A DNA stretch of 61,697 nt, the filler included, from Stramenopiles sp. TOSAG23-2 (taxonomy: Eukaryota): assembly GCA_900128395.1 (NCBI GenBank). It is 17 parts of 17 records of this genome, joined end to end, with 100 filler letters (N's around TTAATTAATTAA, not from the genome) between each part and the next. Parts side by side here need not be neighbours in the genome. Positions count along the whole stretch, not along the records: positions 48,199 to 60,219 come from LT649484.1; positions 60,320 to 61,697 come from LT649573.1; 15 more parts are not named here. One strand, 5' to 3'. How positions within the stretch are numbered: position 1 is the stretch's first letter; every line of letters begins with the position of its first letter. The notes below the pieces were generated by a model, which was not told the origin of the DNA, did not search any database, and saw nothing but the letters and a program-made list of their open reading frames with translations. This document shows, in pieces, positions 56,222-61,697 of the stretch. A program made the translations under genes and the position numbers.

Positions 56222-58951
56222 TTAAGATACCCCTTTCTTTTTTTGATATTGTTTTACCGCACCAGGTAATTTTCTACTAATAGATCTTGCCGCTAATTTT
56301 TTCACTCCACATCTCATTAAATCTTCCATTCCAATATGTATCAAATCATCGACTTGATCCGGTTTCATTTTCTCAACAAATGCATCGTCACATGATTTTG
56401 CCATACCACATTTATGCAAAATGGATAAAATCGTTGCAATCCGTTCAGCTTTTTCTTCTGCCAATTTTTTCATTAACGCAATTTTTTCTAAACGACGTTT
56501 TTCTTCTCTTGCATCTGCTTCTAATATCCATGAGGTGAAATCTGTCACTTCCGTAGAAGCATATGCCGTCAAACCTTCAGATAATGTTTCATCACCACCT
56601 CGTAATGCTAATTTACTAGAGTCATTATTATAGTATTGTCCAAGCCGTTTTATGGTTTGATCGGGTGCCCAACCACTTGCTATTAGTATCATAGTAATTT
56701 TGCGATGGCATCTTAATGATGCATAGTGTAATGCGGTAAATCCATTCTCATCTACAAAAGTGTTATTGTAATCAATAGCTGGTTGTACAGGTTTACATTT
56801 AATGATTCCTTGATCTACGTGTAATTGATAACCGTGAAAACACGCGGCAAGAACGCATTTGCCAAGCCATTGTTTACGATGCTGTGTTTGTTGCAATGTA
56901 TCGCAGACTTTATCACCTTCCTCTTCTGCGTCGTACGGCTCAATCCCTAATGCCTCTTCCTCCTTTAATCGTTCAAGTTTTGCTCTCTCTTCTTCTTCAA
57001 TTCTTTCACGCTCGACTCTATTTATATTCCCTTTACTGACATCTGAATAAAACTTCGATTTCCGCGCATCTTCAATAGCCTTTTCTTTTAGCATAATATG
57101 TGTATCAATCGATTCATCAGCATCTGATGGTAGTTTTGACTCTTCGTCACCGTCTATAGCCTCATTATTTTTTTTACTATTTACAAATCCCCTAGCACAC
57201 CACAACAACAGGTGATTTTCCATTTTCGTAGCTGGTCTTGTTGTCGTTGTCATATCTCGAGCTAGACTTTGCTTTGTTTTCCATTTTTGTGATTTATGAC
57301 CCGCAGGCATTGTAGTGTGTATTATTGCTGCAATTTTATTTAATTTATTTCTTTCTGCAAAATCTACTGCACTCTTACCATCCCCACTTGTTGTAAATTT
57401 ATTCACATTCCACCCATTATTAATTAAGCAGCGGGCGATGGCAACACCAATGTTTTCAAAACCGTCCAAAACCAATGGACCTTTACGTGAACATAAAGAA
57501 TGCAAGGCAGTCATACCAGTACTATTGCACCAATTACGGTTATAATGTATTGCTTTCAACAATTTTCTAGTTTGCCAACTACCATATTTATCATAGTGAT
57601 AAAATATTTCATGCCCTTTTTCCACTGCTAATTGTACTACTTCATAATTAAATCCATATGCAGCATAATATAATGCCAAGTTTTGCTCTTCAGTTGCTGG
57701 TATAGTCGTTGGTATCGTTTCTGGCACAATTTCAGTTACAGCATGTGTTTTCTTTTTTTCTATAATTTCTAATTTTTCCTCCGTAGTTTCTGATTTACCC
57801 CCATCCTCTTTTTCTTTTCCTTCTGCATTTCGTGTCATGTCTTCGTCAATTAATTCTTTTTCTACCTGTTCTTCTTCTTTTGTGCCACCATCTGCAAATT
57901 TTTGCTCTGAATCTTGTTTTTCTTCTGAAGCTTTCCCTTCATCTTCTTCTGCATATTTTGATTCTAACATATCTTCTTCTTTCTCTTCCTCCTCGTCCTT
58001 CGCATCTTCACTTTCTTGTTTTTCATGATCCTCCACTTCCTGTCCTTTACCCTCGTCGTTTCCTACTACTACTTCTTCATCTTCTTCCATGATTTCATCG
58101 TCACTACTTTCAACAATTTCATTTTCCACTACTAAATTGAAAAAATGCTCCACTTCTTTCCATATTGACGAAGTATATCTAACACTTTCTACTTGTGGTC
58201 TATGATCAATATTTGCACCAAATTTTAATAATGGAACTTCATCACTTGAGCGATGATTCCACAACAATTCAACAATACGCTTATATTGTTTCTGCCCATA
58301 CAATAATGCAATATCTATCGCAGTTTGACCAAAAACATTCATTTTTGCAGGATTCCAACCCGCTTGTAACAATAAACGAGATATTTGATAATGATGATGA
58401 GAACCTTCCTTTGCAGCAATGTGTAAAGCAGTATTTCCTGTGACTGATTCTGCCCATGCATAATCATATATACGTTTATTTTTTTTACGTCGTTTTTTTA
58501 CATCATCTATTGCAATTGCATCATCAGTCATCTTTGGCCTACCTTTATCATCCATTATAATTATATTGCCTGTCGTAATTGCATTTCTTACTATATATAC
58601 TGCACCTTGTTCAACTGCTATGTACAAGGATAAATTAGGTGCACCAAACATATTATATAATAAACTACAGACACTTTGAGTTTGTTCTTTGAAATTTTCT
58701 TGTAAACTAGTCTTTTTACTAATTGCATCTTCAATACCTTCGATTAAATATTCCTTCGCATGTTCTTGAATATACTCTTTCAACATTTTAATTGTTTGCC
58801 GAGGCCATAATCGATATTCATGCCTTTGCCTTTTTAAACTAAGTACAAAACTATATATATCTTCTCCACGTTTTGCAGAGAATGGAGTTAGCGGCGACCG
58901 TTCTATTTCCCATGAAAATTCACTTGTTTTTTTTGTCTTTTTTGTTGTCAT
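56222..58951 (-). CDS. Protein with three dispersed ankyrin modules, an acidic tract and a possible C-terminal SAM-like domain
   Basis: GNTALHIAA..LLQAGW, GMTALH..LINNGW, GFTALHYA..LIASGW; C-terminal DDLIHIGMEDLMRCGVK. Confidence 0.8.
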   Translation of the reverse strand: MTTKKTKKTSEFSWEIERSPLTPFSAKRGEDIYSFVLSLKRQRHEYRLWPRQTIKMLKEYIQEHAKEYLIEGIEDAISKKTSLQENFKEQTQSVCSLLYNMFGAPNLSLYIAVEQGAVYIVRNAITTGNIIIMDDKGRPKMTDDAIAIDDVKKRRKKNKRIYDYAWAESVTGNTALHIAAKEGSHHHYQISRLLLQAGWNPAKMNVFGQTAIDIALLYGQKQYKRIVELLWNHRSSDEVPLLKFGANIDHRPQVESVRYTSSIWKEVEHFFNLVVENEIVESSDDEIMEEDEEVVVGNDEGKGQEVEDHEKQESEDAKDEEEEKEEDMLESKYAEEDEGKASEEKQDSEQKFADGGTKEEEQVEKELIDEDMTRNAEGKEKEDGGKSETTEEKLEIIEKKKTHAVTEIVPETIPTTIPATEEQNLALYYAAYGFNYEVVQLAVEKGHEIFYHYDKYGSWQTRKLLKAIHYNRNWCNSTGMTALHSLCSRKGPLVLDGFENIGVAIARCLINNGWNVNKFTTSGDGKSAVDFAERNKLNKIAAIIHTTMPAGHKSQKWKTKQSLARDMTTTTRPATKMENHLLLWCARGFVNSKKNNEAIDGDEESKLPSDADESIDTHIMLKEKAIEDARKSKFYSDVSKGNINRVERERIEEEERAKLERLKEEEALGIEPYDAEEEGDKVCDTLQQTQHRKQWLGKCVLAACFHGYQLHVDQGIIKCKPVQPAIDYNNTFVDENGFTALHYASLRCHRKITMILIASGWAPDQTIKRLGQYYNNDSSKLALRGGDETLSEGLTAYASTEVTDFTSWILEADAREEKRRLEKIALMKKLAEEKAERIATILSILHKCGMAKSCDDAFVEKMKPDQVDDLIHIGMEDLMRCGVKKLAARSISRKLPGAVKQYQKKKGVS

Positions 58952-59531
58952 TTTTGATGTTGTATATATATATAAATCAGACTTTGATGTGGATAGAAAG
59001 AAGACTGGTTAATTGGTAGATTATTATGTTTTTTATGTTGATGATTTCAATATTGAAGTTTAATTTTATTAGTTAGTCTGTTGAATGGAAAACAACTGTT
59101 ATATGAAAAAAATACTGTTGTCATATGTACGTAGAAAGTAGTAAAGTATTATTATTTACTATTATATGTGCACAAAACAATACCACCAGCAGGCCAGAGT
59201 AATAATAGGTCTAATAATAATATTTTCAAAATTATTTTTTTGTAATATGTCGTCGTATAATACTTACAACTAAACTTTTTTCACAGAAAAGGTGCCAAGA
59301 AAAATGATTAAAAAAGGAGGGGAGGAAGATGATAGCGTCAAAATATGAGAAGAACTGTAATATCACATTAGGATAGGTGTATAGTAATACAATGGAAAAT
59401 AATATATATATATTATTTAAAAACAAATAATACAATTAATAAATAGTAAGAGAGGAAGATAATACACAGATATACATATATATATATATATATTATATAT
59501 ATAATAATAACGAGAGGTATATAAATCAATC

Positions 59532-60110
59532 ATGAAGACGGCAACGAAAGTAATTATATTGCTACTTGCAACATTATGTATAGGAGAAATTGTTGTATCA
59601 GTTAGACTTGGCAATCAAGCTGAGGAAGGTAGTTTACAATTTAATAGTATGGGAACTATCAGAGGTGAAGGAGACGTGGAACTTCCAAAAATTCCAGAAG
59701 GTAGTGCACTTCAACGATGTCGTTTCAAATGCGATAATTTAGCATTTTTGCCAAAAGATATGGCAGGAAATGTATCTAGTGAACATTGTTATTTAGGATG
59801 TTTATGGTTTAGTGAGCTTGGATGTACTCCACTTCCACCAGCTGTTCCACATATTAATCAACCTTTGTTAGATATGGTACCACCACCACCACCAAAACCA
59901 ACTGGCGGTACAGGCTCAACTGGCTCAACCGGTGGAACTGGTGGAACTGGCGCAACAGGAAGTAGTCAACAAGAGAAAGGTGCAGTAGCAGCTTTAATGA
60001 AAAAAACAGAAAAATTATTAAAGAAAACCAAATTAGAGACAACGAAAGCGAAGAATAAACTTTTAAATAGTGCTGCATCCGGAGGTGCTTCTGGTGCAAC
60101 TGGAATGTAA
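59532..60110 (+). CDS. Secreted protein with Cys cluster, poly-Pro and GSTG/GATG repeats
   Basis: Signal peptide; C-x3-C...HCYLGC; TGGTGSTGSTGGTGGTGATG. Confidence 0.6.
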   Translation: MKTATKVIILLLATLCIGEIVVSVRLGNQAEEGSLQFNSMGTIRGEGDVELPKIPEGSALQRCRFKCDNLAFLPKDMAGNVSSEHCYLGCLWFSELGCTPLPPAVPHINQPLLDMVPPPPPKPTGGTGSTGSTGGTGGTGATGSSQQEKGAVAALMKKTEKLLKKTKLETTKAKNKLLNSAASGGASGATGM

Positions 60111-60319
60111 AAATGATTTTTTATAAAATAAATTAAAAATGTCAAAAATACGATATATAATATCTCTCACAAATATGTATTTTAAAAGTATGTGTGTCAC
60201 ACATATACAAGCCATGAATNNNNNNNNNNNNNNNNNNNNNNNNNNNNNNNNNNNNNNNNNNNNTTAATTAATTAANNNNNNNNNNNNNNNNNNNNNNNNN
60301 NNNNNNNNNNNNNNNNNNN

Positions 60320-61697
60320 AAAAAACCATCATGGTTTAGTCGGAGTAAAAAGAAAGGTCCATGGTACAGTAAATGTCATGATCCATCGAAATATATTGGA
60401 ACGTCTGAATTATTCGAGTATCATTATGGATTATTGCAAGCTGGGCAATCAACGAAGATTCAATATTGTCAATGCTTCGTTTATGCTGGTGTAACGGCAA
60501 CGATTGGGCGTACATTAGGAATTCCAACACGTATCATTACGACGTTTCAATCTGCACACGATACCAATGGTGATCGTAGTATTTCTAAATTTTATGAAAT
60601 AAACGAACAAGGTGTATATGAAGCAATTAATAATCCAAATAGAAACCATGGCGTTGGTCATAGTGATTCAATTTGGAGTTTCCATGTATGGAATGAAATG
60701 TATATGCAACGACCAGATTTACCAAAGAAACGACGTGGTAAGAGACGATATACAATTCGTGATTGGAATGCAGTTGATTCAACACCACAAGAGAAATCAC
60801 ATGGTGTATACCAAATGGGACCAGCACCAGTTGCAACCTATCTTAAGAAAAATAAAGATGGATGTTATGATAGTCAATTTGTCATTTCCGAGGTAAATGC
60901 AGATGTTACATTATATGTACGTAAGAAAGGCACGCAAGATGAATTTAAACAGCAAGGTATGCCATATGAAACAGATCCATTTGATGATGCATTGGCTACA
61001 GTTGGTTGCATTATCACGACATCGAAACCAGGATGTGATTTTGCTAAGGACGATGCAAGTGATAATTGTAAAGAAGATGTTACGACACAATATAAAATGC
61101 CAGAACCAAGTCGTCCAGGCAAACCAAGTAAATCAAGTAAAATATGTATAGATATTAAAACTGGTGAGAAAAAACCATTGGTACCTAGTAGTGACGTAGC
61201 TAGTAGTTTCTTAGAAGCAAAAGTAGCAACAGATATTATGGCACCAATGAAACTTGTTAGGAAAGATACTAAAGATAAAGATGTTGTATTTAATGTGCAT
61301 TTTCCAAAGGGCCGAATGAAAATTAATAGTACTAGTATGGTTACTGTTACTGTTAAAAATACGAATCCAACAGAAAAAAGAACTATTTCTCTTGTTGGCG
61401 TTGCATATGGAATTGATTATAATGGGCAACGTATTGTTTATAAAAAATTAAGAAGTAGGACAGTATATGCAAAAATTGCATATAAAAGTGAAGATTCCAA
61501 AGCATTGAAACCAGGTGAAGAATTTAAATTTAAATTACCAGTTCCATTGAACCCACGAGAAATGGAAATGATTGGTATGGAAGGAACAAAAACAAAAAAT
61601 ATTGAAATTTCACTTTCTGGTAATGTGGAAGAGACCAAGATGATTTTTATGAAAGAGAAACGGAAAAGAATAGATGGTGATGTTGAGGAGTTGTAAA
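60320..61697 (+). CDS. Animal-type (factor XIII-like) transglutaminase, partial
   Basis: YCQCFVYAGV (catalytic Cys), LGIPTR..T.F.SAHD, SIWSFHVWNE (His), RPDL, W.AVDSTPQE (Asp), GPAPV, FV.SEVNAD. The frame is open from the contig start. Confidence 0.92.

Overview
This is not continuous chromosome. It is 17 contigs joined by 16 artificial 100-bp linkers (N44-TTAATTAATTAA-N44), so gene neighbourhood only means something within a contig. There are 14 contigs of about 1.49 kb, then 25.8 kb (22287-48098), 12.0 kb (48199-60219) and a truncated last one. The DNA is an AT-rich, intron-poor, standard-code eukaryote, most likely a heterotrophic stramenopile (mastigoneme-type EGF protein, acylated PKG). 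Inverted chimeras and many 100-250 bp tandem duplications suggest an amplified or co-assembled genome. Recognisable genes include CCT3, TCF25 (probably foreign DNA), OS-9-like, AAGAB, CCCH-Abitram, two PKG-like kinases, Sec14, LeuA, SWEET, kinesin-3, ABCC, ankyrin proteins and an animal-type transglutaminase. The best finding is hidden from the ORF track: contig 17517-19006 (minus strand) splices into one frame with two in-frame TGA codons in redox-type motifs (YCGD-U-GY in a SelW/Rdx domain; IGA-U-CWP at the start of a multipass membrane domain), a candidate two-selenocysteine fusion selenoprotein. Other notable items are a miniature LTR element (LTR-PBS-integrase remnant-PPT-LTR), TACGA..TCGTA palindromes clustered downstream of stop codons, a CmcJ/NvfI-type oxygenase fused to two NTF2-like domains head-to-head with the ABCC gene, and a SWEET with a mitochondrial-like leader. 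All family assignments come from motif recognition by eye, not database searches.
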